From Abditibacterium sp. (GTDB lineage: Bacteria > Armatimonadota > Abditibacteriia > Abditibacteriales > Abditibacteriaceae): 64,000 bases of DNA. Numbering within the stretch: the first letter of the stretch is position 1; every line of letters starts with the position of its first letter. The notes beneath the pieces were generated by a model, which saw only the letters and a program-made list of their open reading frames with translations, did no database searches and was not told the DNA's origin. A program made the translations under genes and the position numbers. Of the stretch, positions 38,172 to 48,160 are shown one piece after another. Location: assembly GCA_965246885.1 (NCBI GenBank), contig OZ251992.1:2176001-2240000 (forward strand), in the 5' to 3' direction.

Positions 38172-39212
38172 TTATTTTGTCCGCTTCACGGCAGAAGAAC
38201 GCGGCGTCTCGCGGACGGAGACTTGCGACCTGTTGGCGCGCAGTTGGGCGGCCTTCTTTTCGTCGAATTGGTGCCACAAGACCAGCACCATCGAGGCGTT
38301 GAAGATGGACGAATACAACCCTGACGCGATGCCGACCAGCATGGCGAGGGTGAAGTTGTAAATGCTGGGGCCGCCGAAGAGGAGCAACACAAACAACATA
38401 ATTAGCACCGTCAGGCCGGTATTGATGGAGCGGCTCATCGTTTCGAGCAGAGAGTCGTTCACCACTTTGTTGAACGGCTCGCCGCGCCGCAAGCGCAGGT
38501 TTTCGCGCAAGCGGTCGAAGATGACAACGGAGTCGTTGATGGAGTAGCCGACGACGGTGAGGAGCGCCGCGATAAAGCCGCCGTCCACCTCGACGCTCGG
38601 CGAAATCTTCCCAATGAGCGCGAACAATCCGACCAGCACCAACACATCGTGCAAGAGGGCGACGATGCCTGCGACGGCATAGCGCAATCCGTCCCCGGCG
38701 AAGTTGTAGCGGATGTAAATCCACAGTGCGATGAGCGCCACACCAATCACCACGCCCTTGACCGCGTTGGCGCGCAGTTCGTCGCCAATGACCGCGCCGA
38801 CCTGCGCGCTGCCTTCTGGCTTAATGGTGGGCACGCCCAACACGGACGCGACGGTTTTGGACGCGATGCCCTCTTGCGCCTGCTTCTCGGACGACGTGAG
38901 CGCCGGGGTGTTGACGATCAAGTCCTGCCCGCCCGCGATTTGGGTGCGGGTGCCAATCAGCCCTTGCGAAGCCAAGCCCGCGTTTACCTTGCCAATGAGC
39001 GCCGCTTGCGCCGCGTCGTTGCCCACGCCCAGTGTCCCGCGCGCGGCTTCCGGGATGCGGTAGGTGAACTGCGAGCCGCCCCGAAAATCTATGCCCTCGT
39101 TGAGGCCAAACAGCGCGAGCGAAACGAGGCCCACGACAATCAGGGCGAGCGACAGGCCGAACCACAGCCACATCTTGCCGACTAAATCGATATTTTTACC
39201 GCGAAAATCCAT
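38172..39212 (-). CDS. secF: Protein translocase subunit SecF
   Basis: GIDFRGG, ALLHDV, GYSINDSVVIFDRLREN, RSINT. Confidence 0.96.
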   Translation of the reverse strand: MDFRGKNIDLVGKMWLWFGLSLALIVVGLVSLALFGLNEGIDFRGGSQFTYRIPEAARGTLGVGNDAAQAALIGKVNAGLASQGLIGTRTQIAGGQDLIVNTPALTSSEKQAQEGIASKTVASVLGVPTIKPEGSAQVGAVIGDELRANAVKGVVIGVALIALWIYIRYNFAGDGLRYAVAGIVALLHDVLVLVGLFALIGKISPSVEVDGGFIAALLTVVGYSINDSVVIFDRLRENLRLRRGEPFNKVVNDSLLETMSRSINTGLTVLIMLFVLLLFGGPSIYNFTLAMLVGIASGLYSSIFNASMVLVLWHQFDEKKAAQLRANRSQVSVRETPRSSAVKRTK

Positions 39213-39218
39213 GATGAG

Positions 39219-41303
39219 TTAGCCCCGCTTAACCGCCGGGGTGGTGGGCGGCGCGGGGAGTTGGGCGGCCATGAGGCCGCGATGCGTTTCGCCAAAGCGC
39301 GCCACGCTCCACATAAAAAGGCGCGTGACCGAAATCGCCGAAAACAAGGAGAGCAAGACGCCCACGCCGAGCGTGAGGGCGAAGCCCTTCACCGGGCCGG
39401 TGCCGAACTGGAACAGGATGACGGCGGCGATGAGGGTAGTGACGTGCGAATCGAGGATGGCCGTCCACGCGCGGTTGAAAGCGGCGCGTAGCGCGGCGGA
39501 AAAGGTCGGCTGGATGGCCATCTCTTCTTTCAAACGCTCGAAAACGAGGATGTTGGTGTCCAGCGACATGGCGAGCGCGAGCAGAAAGCCCGCAATGCCG
39601 GGAAGCGTCAGAGTGCCGCCAATGAGAACGAACAGCGCGAGGTTCAGCACCATGTACACCGCGAGCGCGCAGTTCGCCAAGATACCCGGCAAGCGGTAGA
39701 AGACGACCATGAAGACGGCGACGGCGATGAGGCCGAGGAAGCCCGCGCGCAACGACTTGACGAGCGAGTCGTTGCCCAGCGTCGCCGACACGGTGCGGTT
39801 TTCGACGACATCAATGGGCGCCGGAAGCGCGCCGGAGTTGAGGAGCAGGGCGAAGCCGCGCGCTTCTTCCACGTCTTTGCTGCCCGAAATGATGCCGCTT
39901 CCATTAATGCGGTCGTTGACGACCGGAGCGGAAATGCAGCGTTCGTCCAAGAAAATGGGGATGCGCCCTTTTTGGGCGAGGGCACCCGTCACAGCGGCGA
40001 AGTTACGGCTACCGTCCCCCTGAAGTTCAAAGGCGACTGCCGGGTTGGAATGGTCATCGAAAGTGACTGTCGTAGTTGGCTTGACGTCTTGACCCGTCAC
40101 GACGGCTTGCGGCTCGCCGGTTTTGCTTAGGCCGAGTTGTCGAAGCAAGCGCCCCGACTCCGCTTCGCAGCGTTCGAGGGCTTCGGCGCCGGAAATCGGG
40201 CCGTTTTTGTCGGAGAAGATGGTGACGTGCGGGTCTGCTTTGTCGGCTTCGGCTTGTAAATCGGGGGGAAGCACGACAATGCGCATTTGCGCGGTTTGGC
40301 CAACGACGGCGACGGCTTTTTGCGGGTCGTTAACGCCGGGGAGTTGCACGATCACACGGTCGGGCGGCTGTGGTTGGATGACCGGCTCGGAAACGCCGAG
40401 CTTGTCCACGCGCGACCCCAGAATCTCGACGGTGCGCTTCAGCAGTTGCGTTGAGTAGTCCGCGCCAAAGCCCAACTTCTGTCCGGTGTCGGTTTGGGCG
40501 GCGTAGAACTGCGCGCGTCCGGGTGTGGCGGTGCCAACTGCCGCTTTGACGAGGGCATCGAGGGCGGCTTTTTGCGCGTCGAACTGGGTTTGGTCTTTGG
40601 CTTGCGTGCGGATCTCGAACTGGTTCTCGCTGCCCTTGGATTGGAGAAACGCGACATCCGTGCCGCGTAGTTCGAGATTGGGGGCCGTCGCCGCCAAGCC
40701 CGCGCGGACTTTGGCGAGGATGGCCTCGCGCTCCGTCGCCTTGGCGGGGGCTTGCGGCAAGCGATACGGGAACGCGGCGCGGCGGATTTGCAACACGAGG
40801 TTGACGCCGCCTTGCAAGTCGAGGCCGAGCTTGATGGCCGGAACCGTCTTGCCGTCGCGCTGGCGCGGCGGGAAGATGGCGGAGTCACCGAGCGCAAAGA
40901 GGGGTTTATCGCTCAGCCCCGCGACGGTTTGCGTCCACGACGGCGCGAGCGCCACGCCCTTGAACTTGGTGTTCAGCGCCGTCACGATTTTTTGCGCGCG
41001 GGCCTGCGCCGCGTCGCGCGTATCGCCGGGAGCGGGGTCGTTAATGGTCGCGGTTTTGCCATCGGCGCCGATGGTTAAGGCACCGGGAAGCGTCTGCCCC
41101 GGAAACGCTTTGAGGAGCGCGGCATCGGCTTCGTCGGCGGGCGTTTTGCCTTTGGCCACCAACTGAGCGAACGGGGTCGCCGACACGAGCGGCACTTGAA
41201 GCGCGCCCGATTGCGGCTTGGGGCCAATCGGGAAGAAGATCACCCCCAAAGAAACCAGCAGGAGCAGCAAAAGTGCAAGATATTGAACGGGACGGCTTTT
41301 CAT
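39219..41303 (-). CDS. secD: Protein translocase subunit SecD
   Basis: LGLDLQGG, LGVSEP, VQLPG, SGALP, TLPGIAG, NILVFERLKEE, GPVKGFA. Confidence 0.95.
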   Translation of the reverse strand: MKSRPVQYLALLLLLLVSLGVIFFPIGPKPQSGALQVPLVSATPFAQLVAKGKTPADEADAALLKAFPGQTLPGALTIGADGKTATINDPAPGDTRDAAQARAQKIVTALNTKFKGVALAPSWTQTVAGLSDKPLFALGDSAIFPPRQRDGKTVPAIKLGLDLQGGVNLVLQIRRAAFPYRLPQAPAKATEREAILAKVRAGLAATAPNLELRGTDVAFLQSKGSENQFEIRTQAKDQTQFDAQKAALDALVKAAVGTATPGRAQFYAAQTDTGQKLGFGADYSTQLLKRTVEILGSRVDKLGVSEPVIQPQPPDRVIVQLPGVNDPQKAVAVVGQTAQMRIVVLPPDLQAEADKADPHVTIFSDKNGPISGAEALERCEAESGRLLRQLGLSKTGEPQAVVTGQDVKPTTTVTFDDHSNPAVAFELQGDGSRNFAAVTGALAQKGRIPIFLDERCISAPVVNDRINGSGIISGSKDVEEARGFALLLNSGALPAPIDVVENRTVSATLGNDSLVKSLRAGFLGLIAVAVFMVVFYRLPGILANCALAVYMVLNLALFVLIGGTLTLPGIAGFLLALAMSLDTNILVFERLKEEMAIQPTFSAALRAAFNRAWTAILDSHVTTLIAAVILFQFGTGPVKGFALTLGVGVLLSLFSAISVTRLFMWSVARFGETHRGLMAAQLPAPPTTPAVKRG

Positions 41304-41369
41304 CGGAAGGCGGCGCAGGGCGCCGGAAAGAACTACTACACACGAACACGGCGGGGAAAGGCCCGAAAA

Positions 41370-41966
41370 TTATAGCCCCTTGAAGGCGCGGCGCGCAAAT
41401 AAGAGGAATGAAGGCGGGGCGAGCGGTGCCCCTTTCGCCGTCTCGAACCCCCCGCACAGCGCGCCGCCCATTGCCAAACACAGCGCCGCGCCCGTGAGCA
41501 GATACAACCGCGACGACGCTTCGCGCAGTGTCCACCAATACGGCACGACGACGACCGAGTGTCGCTTCGAGCCGACGCAATCCCAGAACAGGTGACTTCC
41601 CGTACCGATGGCGCTCCCCAACGCGAACTGGTAAAAGAGCGGCGACGCGAGACCCGGCCAGTGCCAGAGCGCGCCCACAAGGAGCGCCGGAAGCAGGGGC
41701 GAATGCGTCAGCCAGTTGCGGTGCGACGCCGGGCCAAGCAGCAGCACATCCCAGTCGGGGAGCGGGTAGTGCAGAAACTTCCACAGACCCCGCTTAGCCC
41801 ACCTGTCCGGCACCCAAAAGAACGCCGCCGACGACACCACAAGCGCAAAGCTAAACGCCGGAAACTGCAGGAAATAAAGCGGTTGTCCGTGTTGCCACGC
41901 GGCAAAAGCAACGGCAAAAGCCATCGCCGCCGCCATGTGCCACAACCCCGACCAGAAATAGCTCAT
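41370..41966 (-). CDS. Membrane-bound metal-dependent hydrolase-like protein (YdjM/DUF2227-like)
   Basis: H..., LPDWD, HRNWLTHS and SHLFWD motifs within TM segments. Confidence 0.6.
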   Translation of the reverse strand: MSYFWSGLWHMAAAMAFAVAFAAWQHGQPLYFLQFPAFSFALVVSSAAFFWVPDRWAKRGLWKFLHYPLPDWDVLLLGPASHRNWLTHSPLLPALLVGALWHWPGLASPLFYQFALGSAIGTGSHLFWDCVGSKRHSVVVVPYWWTLREASSRLYLLTGAALCLAMGGALCGGFETAKGAPLAPPSFLLFARRAFKGL

Positions 41967-41978
41967 CTCCCGCGCCCC

Positions 41979-44696
41979 TTAGCGGCGCCCTGCTCCCCCG
42001 TTATACGGCTCGATGGTGACAACGCTCGCGGCGCCTGCGAACTCAATCGCCAAGCGTCCATGCGCGTCCGCGACGACGGTGAGCGTATCCGTCGCGCCGT
42101 TGCCCCGAACAGTTTTGCCCTTGGGCACCTCGCCGGGGTTGCCTATTTCCGTCACCATGACGCGGTGCCGACTGCGCGGAGGACAACGATACCCATCTGG
42201 TGAATCCACCACCGTCACGCGGAAGTTCGCAACCCCATCCGGCGCGAGGGGTTGCCAGCCGACACCGTTCATCGGCGCCGCGACTTGGATCGTGTCTCCC
42301 CACACCCGTAGCGTCAGCTTGCCTGCCGCCTCGCCCGTAATCTGGCCCGTCACGCCGCCCCCGCCTTGGTTCTGAATAGCGACCGGGCGCATCCGGCACA
42401 CCGTTTGACTTCCCGCCGCCACCGTCGAAAACAGCGACAAAGGCCGCGTCCGTGATTCCACATCGTCGGCATCGGCCACTGGAGAGGGGCGCGCGGCGCC
42501 ATTGGTCAACGCCGACGCGGGGAGCATCCGCGTCAGGGCGTTCGACCACAGCCAGTCTCCGGTGCCGGTCGTGTCAAGGGCGACATTGCGCGTCGCGGCC
42601 CCCGCATCGTGATTGAGGAAGGCGATGCTGGACGGACGGTTGATGGTTTCGGGGAAGCGCGTCGTTCCCAAGCGCGTTCCGGCAGGAAACGGTGTGAGAG
42701 CGTCGGTTCCGATCGCCAAGTTTGCGCCGCGCGCCAGAATATCGCCGAACAAGGGATCAAAGCCGAACTGTCCCGGTCGCCATGTCGCCCACAAGCGAAA
42801 GGGTGCGAACACGAAAAAGCCGCGCCCAACCGGAGCCAGCGACAAAGCCACGCGGCTCGCGGGCGCGGCGGTGCCCTCGCCACCATAACCGCTCGGAACA
42901 ACCATCGAAGGGCCACTCGCCACCGTCGCGGCATTGGCGGGCGCGGGCGCGAAACCCACCGGGCCGGAAAACGCGCTGTCGTCGTCCCCATCGCCGCGCG
43001 AGAGAATCATACCGGGGCGCTCGTCGAGCATCTTACTCCATGTTGGCAAAAGCGGATGCCCTGCTGCGCCGCGCAGGTTAAAGGCGTTCTGGCGCACTTC
43101 AAATGGCCCGACGCCGCCCGCCAAGAGCGCCATTTGCGGTGGCAGAGCGCTCGCGCTTCCTCCGTTTTGCAGTGCGCCCAAACCCAAATCGGCCACCAAC
43201 ACGCCGCCGCCCTTCATCCAATCGGTTAACTTTTGCGCGGCATCGGGCGGGCAGTCGAGCATCTGCGGCGCCAGAATCGTCGCATATTTGGACAAGTCCA
43301 CGCTCGCCAAGTCGCCCGACGAAAGATAATCCACGCTCCCAAACGCTGTTCCCCAGCGCAACGACGCCACCAAGTTGGACGGTTCCCCCGTCGCCAAGCC
43401 GTCGCCAAAGCCATACAAGCCGCGCGGCGCGGCACTTTCGACACTTTGGCCCAACTGCGGAGATGCGCCCTCGGCCAACGGCTCCAGTAGCACGGCGACT
43501 GTTGCGAGCGGCGCCTCGGTGTCTAAAGGCGCCGCTCTAAAACGCGCGAGCGTTTTAGAGACGGCTTGGAGCAACTCCGGGTTGCGTTCAAGCGCGCCAA
43601 ACGAGTCAAACGCGATTCCCCGCGCTCCGTGCGCGAGCGCCGCCTCGACCCAACGCGGCAACAGTTGGGCGACCGCCGCCGAAGTCAATTCCCCGCGCGG
43701 CGCGAGCGAAAAGCGGGCGACCGCCACGCGCGTTCCTCCCCGGCGCGCGATGTCTACGGCCTGCGGGTTGCCCGTCACAATGTCCGGCTCCGCGAGGTTG
43801 GGCGAGGCGCCCGCGACGGCCACATCCACGCCTTCTGGCATTGCCAACAACTGCGCGTAGTCGGGGCAAACGCCCGAAAAAACGGGGTGTTTCGCATCGC
43901 TCCCGCGCACCGTCGCCGCCCAGAGAGTCATCAACTCCGCCCAACTGCTCGCTTTGTAATCGGCCAACGCCAGCGCCGCCGGAGCGAACGCGGCGTTTGG
44001 ATCGGACTCCGCGCCGAGCGAACCGAGCGCGGGTAGCATCCCTTTGGCCCCGCCCGCGATGCGCTCGCGCCACGCTTTGACGAGCGCGTCCACATCCGAG
44101 ACGGCGACGGAATCGAAGTCGGCGTAATTGGTGCCCCAGCGCGCGTTGAGCGCCTCGACCGACGCGAAATGCGACGACAAATAGCGGCGAAACCCGGCAT
44201 CGTCGAAGGTGGCGATGGCGCGCGCGTCATCGGGGAGCATCCAACCCGCGAGGCCCGGCGTGTCGAGGAGCGCGGTGGCGGCGCTTTGCGCCCAGTTTGT
44301 CCACAGCGCGGAGTAGGAGGGCGAATCGGCGCCGATTCGCGCCACGCTCAAACCGTCCGGGGCGGCGGGCAGGGCGAAGATAATCTTCAAGCCGCGTTTG
44401 GCGCCTTCGACAGCGAGGGCGCGCTGTGGGCCGAAATTGGCGTCGAAGAGGGCGTTGTCGGCGCCCGCCCGCCAAGGGAGAGGAATGACGAGAGTGTCGA
44501 ACCCCGCCGCGACATAAGCGGGTAAGTCGCTTTGGTCGGCGACGCCCGCGCACCAGAAAAAGCGCGCGCCCGTCAGGTCAAAGCGCGGCGCCACGAGGCC
44601 AGTGGGCGGCGGCCCCGCCTCTCCCTGCGCCCACGCGGGGACGCCGCACAAAACAAGGCCCACGATGAGGGCGCGGGCAACGAGAAGAAGGCGCAT
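41979..44696 (-). CDS. Secreted GH42-like (beta-galactosidase-like) protein
   Basis: Signal peptide; FRRYL...SVEALNARWGTNYADFDSV; trimerisation-like DLSKY...GGVLVAD; TGATG overlap with the tatC stop. Confidence 0.6.
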   Translation of the reverse strand: MRLLLVARALIVGLVLCGVPAWAQGEAGPPPTGLVAPRFDLTGARFFWCAGVADQSDLPAYVAAGFDTLVIPLPWRAGADNALFDANFGPQRALAVEGAKRGLKIIFALPAAPDGLSVARIGADSPSYSALWTNWAQSAATALLDTPGLAGWMLPDDARAIATFDDAGFRRYLSSHFASVEALNARWGTNYADFDSVAVSDVDALVKAWRERIAGGAKGMLPALGSLGAESDPNAAFAPAALALADYKASSWAELMTLWAATVRGSDAKHPVFSGVCPDYAQLLAMPEGVDVAVAGASPNLAEPDIVTGNPQAVDIARRGGTRVAVARFSLAPRGELTSAAVAQLLPRWVEAALAHGARGIAFDSFGALERNPELLQAVSKTLARFRAAPLDTEAPLATVAVLLEPLAEGASPQLGQSVESAAPRGLYGFGDGLATGEPSNLVASLRWGTAFGSVDYLSSGDLASVDLSKYATILAPQMLDCPPDAAQKLTDWMKGGGVLVADLGLGALQNGGSASALPPQMALLAGGVGPFEVRQNAFNLRGAAGHPLLPTWSKMLDERPGMILSRGDGDDDSAFSGPVGFAPAPANAATVASGPSMVVPSGYGGEGTAAPASRVALSLAPVGRGFFVFAPFRLWATWRPGQFGFDPLFGDILARGANLAIGTDALTPFPAGTRLGTTRFPETINRPSSIAFLNHDAGAATRNVALDTTGTGDWLWSNALTRMLPASALTNGAARPSPVADADDVESRTRPLSLFSTVAAGSQTVCRMRPVAIQNQGGGGVTGQITGEAAGKLTLRVWGDTIQVAAPMNGVGWQPLAPDGVANFRVTVVDSPDGYRCPPRSRHRVMVTEIGNPGEVPKGKTVRGNGATDTLTVVADAHGRLAIEFAGAASVVTIEPYNGGAGRR

Positions 44697-45727
44697 CAAA
44701 GCCATTTCACAATCCAGATAGACAGCAAATACAGCAGACACGGCGGAAGCGCGCACGCCGTCATAGTGAGCGGATCCCACGTCGGCACCACGAACGCCAC
44801 GAGGGTGAAGATAACCACAACGGCGTGCCGCCAATACTGAATCAACAGGTTGCGCGACACAATCCCAGTCTTGTTAAGAAAGATGGTCAAGACCGGCACC
44901 TGAAACGCGATGCCGAAGATAAGTAGCGTCTTCGCTATTAGTACCATTGATGTGTAATAATCCCAGTTTGCCGCCACACCCGTTGGCTGGAAGGCGAGGA
45001 AGAAGTTGAGGAACATGGGCGTCATTAGATAGCCCATCCCGACGCCCATAAAAAATAGCGCGCTTGAAAGGGGCACTAAAACGAGTGTGTATTTGCGTTC
45101 CTTGTTAGTCAGCGCCGGTTCCAAGAATCTCCAAACTTGAAACAACAGGAATGGCATCGTTAAGATAAGCGCCGATACGAGGGAGACTTGCAGGTATATC
45201 TCAAAGAACCCGGTCGGATTCATCGAAACGGGTGTGCCTCTTCCTTTGAGTGCTTGTTTAATTGGGTGTCCGAACCACTCAGAGATGGCGAGGCTTCTAC
45301 TCCAAGTGAAGATCATCGCAATGCCTACGGCGGCGACGCAATACAATATCCGCGCGCGCAGTTCCGCCAAGTGCGCCCATAGCCCCATTTCCTCGTCGCG
45401 GGGCGTGTTGGGGTCGGGGGCGTATGTCCCGCTTCCACCCGCCGATGTCGGCGGCTCGCCGCCGCCACTACCGCCAAAAGCAGATACGTCTGTAGTCGCG
45501 TCGCGCGCGTCTGTCACCGATTCCCAGACATCTGTCGTCGCGTCGCGCACGTCTGTCAACGGCTGGCGCATGTCTGTCGTCGCGTCCGGGGAAGCGGCGG
45601 ACGCGTCGCCGCCCTCCGGCGTTGGTTCGACGGGGTCGGTGGATAGGAGGCGGCGCGCGGCGCGCTCGCCTTCGGCGGGCCGCAATACAAGAGGGGAGGA
45701 ATGACCGTTGGACGCGGAATCGGGCAT
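44696..45727 (-). CDS. tatC: Twin-arginine translocase subunit TatC with long N-terminal extension
   Basis: HLAELRARI, QVWRFLEPAL...E, FQVP, WRHAVV, PTWDP. Confidence 0.93.
   Translation of the reverse strand: MPDSASNGHSSPLVLRPAEGERAARRLLSTDPVEPTPEGGDASAASPDATTDMRQPLTDVRDATTDVWESVTDARDATTDVSAFGGSGGGEPPTSAGGSGTYAPDPNTPRDEEMGLWAHLAELRARILYCVAAVGIAMIFTWSRSLAISEWFGHPIKQALKGRGTPVSMNPTGFFEIYLQVSLVSALILTMPFLLFQVWRFLEPALTNKERKYTLVLVPLSSALFFMGVGMGYLMTPMFLNFFLAFQPTGVAANWDYYTSMVLIAKTLLIFGIAFQVPVLTIFLNKTGIVSRNLLIQYWRHAVVVIFTLVAFVVPTWDPLTMTACALPPCLLYLLSIWIVKWL
45476..45616 (-). repeat. Dispersed 21-nt-unit element, copy 3, in frame inside tatC
   Basis: Leader GAGGGCGGCGACGCG, then units GCGACGACAGACATGCGCCAG / CCGTTGACAGACGTGCGCGAC / GCGACGACAGATGTCTGGGAA / TCGGTGACAGACGCGCGCGAC / GCGACTACAGACGTATCTGCT. 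Confidence 0.85.
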
Positions 45728-45760
45728 GAGGTTAAGTTTGAGGGCGCGGGAGCCAACGGG

Positions 45761-46870
45761 TCAAAGCAGCGCCAGTTGCTCGCCCATCGCGGCATCGCGC
45801 GGCGCGAAGCGATCGAACAAGCGGCGCATCATCGAAGGCATCGCTAAAACGTGCGCTTCTTTAGCGTCAAACCAACGAAGAACAGCGCACTCCCCAAAGG
45901 GCGCGACGCTTATACGCCAACATTCGAGTTCGATGGTGTAGCGCGTGACGCCATGTTTGACCGTCGCGGCGCGGTTTTGGGGCGCGAACAATGCGCCCAG
46001 TTCTTGACCCAAGCGAATTAGCGCGTCCTGCGCCGACTCGCCCGCTCCTCGCGTGGTGCGAGGCAACTCCCACATGCCGCGCCACCAGATTTTGGCGTCG
46101 TCCGGGCGTTGGCGGAGCAAGACGCGCCCCCTCCCGTCAACGGCCAAGGCGCACACGTCGAACAGGGGCGTCGGCGCGGGGCGGGGCGGGATAAAGGGCA
46201 ACTCGTTTTGGCGACCTTGGCGCTTCGCCTCGCACAACCCCGCGACGGGACAGATGGAACAGCGCGGGCTTTTCGGGGTGCAGATAAGGGCGCCCAACTC
46301 CATTATGGCGGGGTTGACGGTGCGCGGCTCAACGTTTGGAACTGCGACGACGTTGGCGGCGGCGTCCCATAACGCCGCTTGGTTGGCGGCGGATTTGAGA
46401 TCGCCTTCGAGGGCCAATACCCGTCCCAAGACGCGGGCGACGTTGGCGTCCACGATAGGCGCGCGGTCGTTGAAAGCGATGGACGCGACCGCGCCCGCCG
46501 TGTAGCGTCCCACGCCGGGAAGCGCGAGCAGAGCGGCCAAATCGCGCGGGAAGACGCCGCCGTGCTCGGCGACAATGACCTTGGCTGCGCGCTGCAAGTT
46601 GCGGGCGCGGGCGTAGTAGCCCAACCCCGCCCATTGCGCTAAGACATCCGCTTCGGGCGCGGTGGCAAGGGAGGCGACGTCGGGGAAACGAGCCAAGAAG
46701 CGTTCATAGAACGGCCCAACGGCGGCGACGGTGGTCTGCTGAAGCATGACTTCCGACACGAGGATTCGGTAGGGGTCACTCGCGTTGTGGGCGTGGCGCC
46801 ATCCCAAGTCGCGCTGCCAGACGGGAAACCACGCGGCCAACTGTCGCGCGAAGAGCAAGGGGGAAAACAT
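45761..46870 (-). CDS. mutY: A/G-specific adenine glycosylase
   Basis: SEVMLQQT, WAGLGYYARARNL, LPGVGRYTA, Fe-S site C-x6-C-x2-C-x5-C, C-terminal NUDIX-like domain. Confidence 0.95.
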   Translation of the reverse strand: MFSPLLFARQLAAWFPVWQRDLGWRHAHNASDPYRILVSEVMLQQTTVAAVGPFYERFLARFPDVASLATAPEADVLAQWAGLGYYARARNLQRAAKVIVAEHGGVFPRDLAALLALPGVGRYTAGAVASIAFNDRAPIVDANVARVLGRVLALEGDLKSAANQAALWDAAANVVAVPNVEPRTVNPAIMELGALICTPKSPRCSICPVAGLCEAKRQGRQNELPFIPPRPAPTPLFDVCALAVDGRGRVLLRQRPDDAKIWWRGMWELPRTTRGAGESAQDALIRLGQELGALFAPQNRAATVKHGVTRYTIELECWRISVAPFGECAVLRWFDAKEAHVLAMPSMMRRLFDRFAPRDAAMGEQLALL

Positions 46871-46904
46871 GGTGTCGTTTCTCCAGTTTCGTAAAACTCT
46901 CCTT

Positions 46905-47543
46905 GTGTCCCAAGCCCTCCAATCTCGTCCCGTGTTGTGGGCGCTCGCGTCCCTTTCGTTCGCCTGTCTGCTCGGCCACTTCTACGGTTTCTGGTCAATG
47001 AAAGTTTTTGCGCCTTGTGTGTTAATCCCCGCGACCGCTTTGCTGGTGGTGTTGGCGTGGAAGGGCGACGCGCAGACGCGCTTTATTATCGTGCAGGGCG
47101 CTTTGGCGGGCTTGTTCGCGGCGGTGCTGTATGACCTGTTTCGCGTTCCGTTCGTGCTCGCGGGCAAGCCGCTTTTTGGGGTGTTTCCGCAGTTCGGGCA
47201 ACTGCTGCTGTATGGCCACTTGGTCAAGGGCGACAAGAGTCTGCCGGTTCAACTGGCGGGCTGGGCGTATCACTTCCAAAACGGCATGGCGTTGGGCATC
47301 ATGGGCGCCGCGATGATTCCCCCGACGGCAACGCCCAAAGCGCGCTTTTGGGCGTGCGTCTTGTGGGCGACGGGTGTGGAAGTGTTTCTGCTCGTGTCGC
47401 CGTATTATCACTACTTGGGATTGGAGATGCCGATGCGTCAGTTCGTGCCCATCACGCTCGCGGCGCACCTTGTTTTCGGGGCGGCTCTGGGCCTGTATTT
47501 TGGGCGGCGCTGGTTGGGCGCGGGGGCGTTACGGGCGGCTTAG
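46905..47543 (+). CDS. Hypothetical membrane protein
   Basis: Multiple TM helices, YDLFR, YHFQNG, AHLVFG; start uncertain. Confidence 0.65.
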   Translation: MSQALQSRPVLWALASLSFACLLGHFYGFWSMKVFAPCVLIPATALLVVLAWKGDAQTRFIIVQGALAGLFAAVLYDLFRVPFVLAGKPLFGVFPQFGQLLLYGHLVKGDKSLPVQLAGWAYHFQNGMALGIMGAAMIPPTATPKARFWACVLWATGVEVFLLVSPYYHYLGLEMPMRQFVPITLAAHLVFGAALGLYFGRRWLGAGALRAA

Positions 47544-47560
47544 GTGGCGGTGCTGCGGTC

Positions 47561-47590
47561 ACTTCCTCCCGCCGAAGGGCGGGAGGAAGT
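47561..47590. terminator. 13-bp GC-rich hairpin
   Basis: ACTTCCTCCCGCC-GAAG-GGCGGGAGGAAGT. Confidence 0.4.
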
Positions 47591-47605
47591 ATAACTTAGG
47601 GCGTT

Positions 47606-48160
47606 ATGGAAGATGAAAACCCCCTCGAAACACGGGAGCAACTGGAAGAGATGCGCGAGCACGCCAAGGCTGGCGGCTGGGTGCATTACCTGAGCATTAG
47701 CACCGCCATCATCGCGGTTCTGGCGGCGCTCGCCACGCTCTTGTCGGGCAACTACGCCAACGAAGCGTTGCTCCTCAAAAACAACGCCATCCTGAAGCAA
47801 ACTCTGGCGAGCGACCAGTGGAGTTACTATCAGGCCAAGGGCATCAAGCACGACATCGCCCAAGGTTTCCAAGAGTTAAAGCCCGGTGCGGCGCTCGCCG
47901 CGCGCATCGAGAAGCTCGCCTCCGAGCAGGAAGTCATCAAAACCAAAGCCGAGGGCTACGCCAAAGAAGCCGAAGCCGACAACAAGGAATCCGAAACCAA
48001 CCTCGAACACCATCACAAGTTGGCCATTGGCGTGACGCTCTTCCAAATCGCCATCGCCCTGTCCGCCATCGCCGCGCTGCTTCGGCAAAGACCAGTTTGG
48101 CTGCTTTCCCTTGTCGGCGCGGCGGTGGGCTTGTTCTTTCTGCTGGCAGGCGTGCGCTAA
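47606..48160 (+). CDS. DUF4337 family membrane protein
   Basis: STAIIAVLAA, ASDQWSYYQAKGIK, LFQIAIALSAI. Confidence 0.82.
   Translation: MEDENPLETREQLEEMREHAKAGGWVHYLSISTAIIAVLAALATLLSGNYANEALLLKNNAILKQTLASDQWSYYQAKGIKHDIAQGFQELKPGAALAARIEKLASEQEVIKTKAEGYAKEAEADNKESETNLEHHHKLAIGVTLFQIAIALSAIAALLRQRPVWLLSLVGAAVGLFFLLAGVR

Noticed and set aside
41304..41966. Arrest peptide (ApdA/ApdP/VemP-like) upstream of secDF
   Set aside because: The upstream ORF looks like a membrane hydrolase and lacks a terminal RAPP/RGPP. A TATAAT near 41368-41373 suggests secD has its own promoter.
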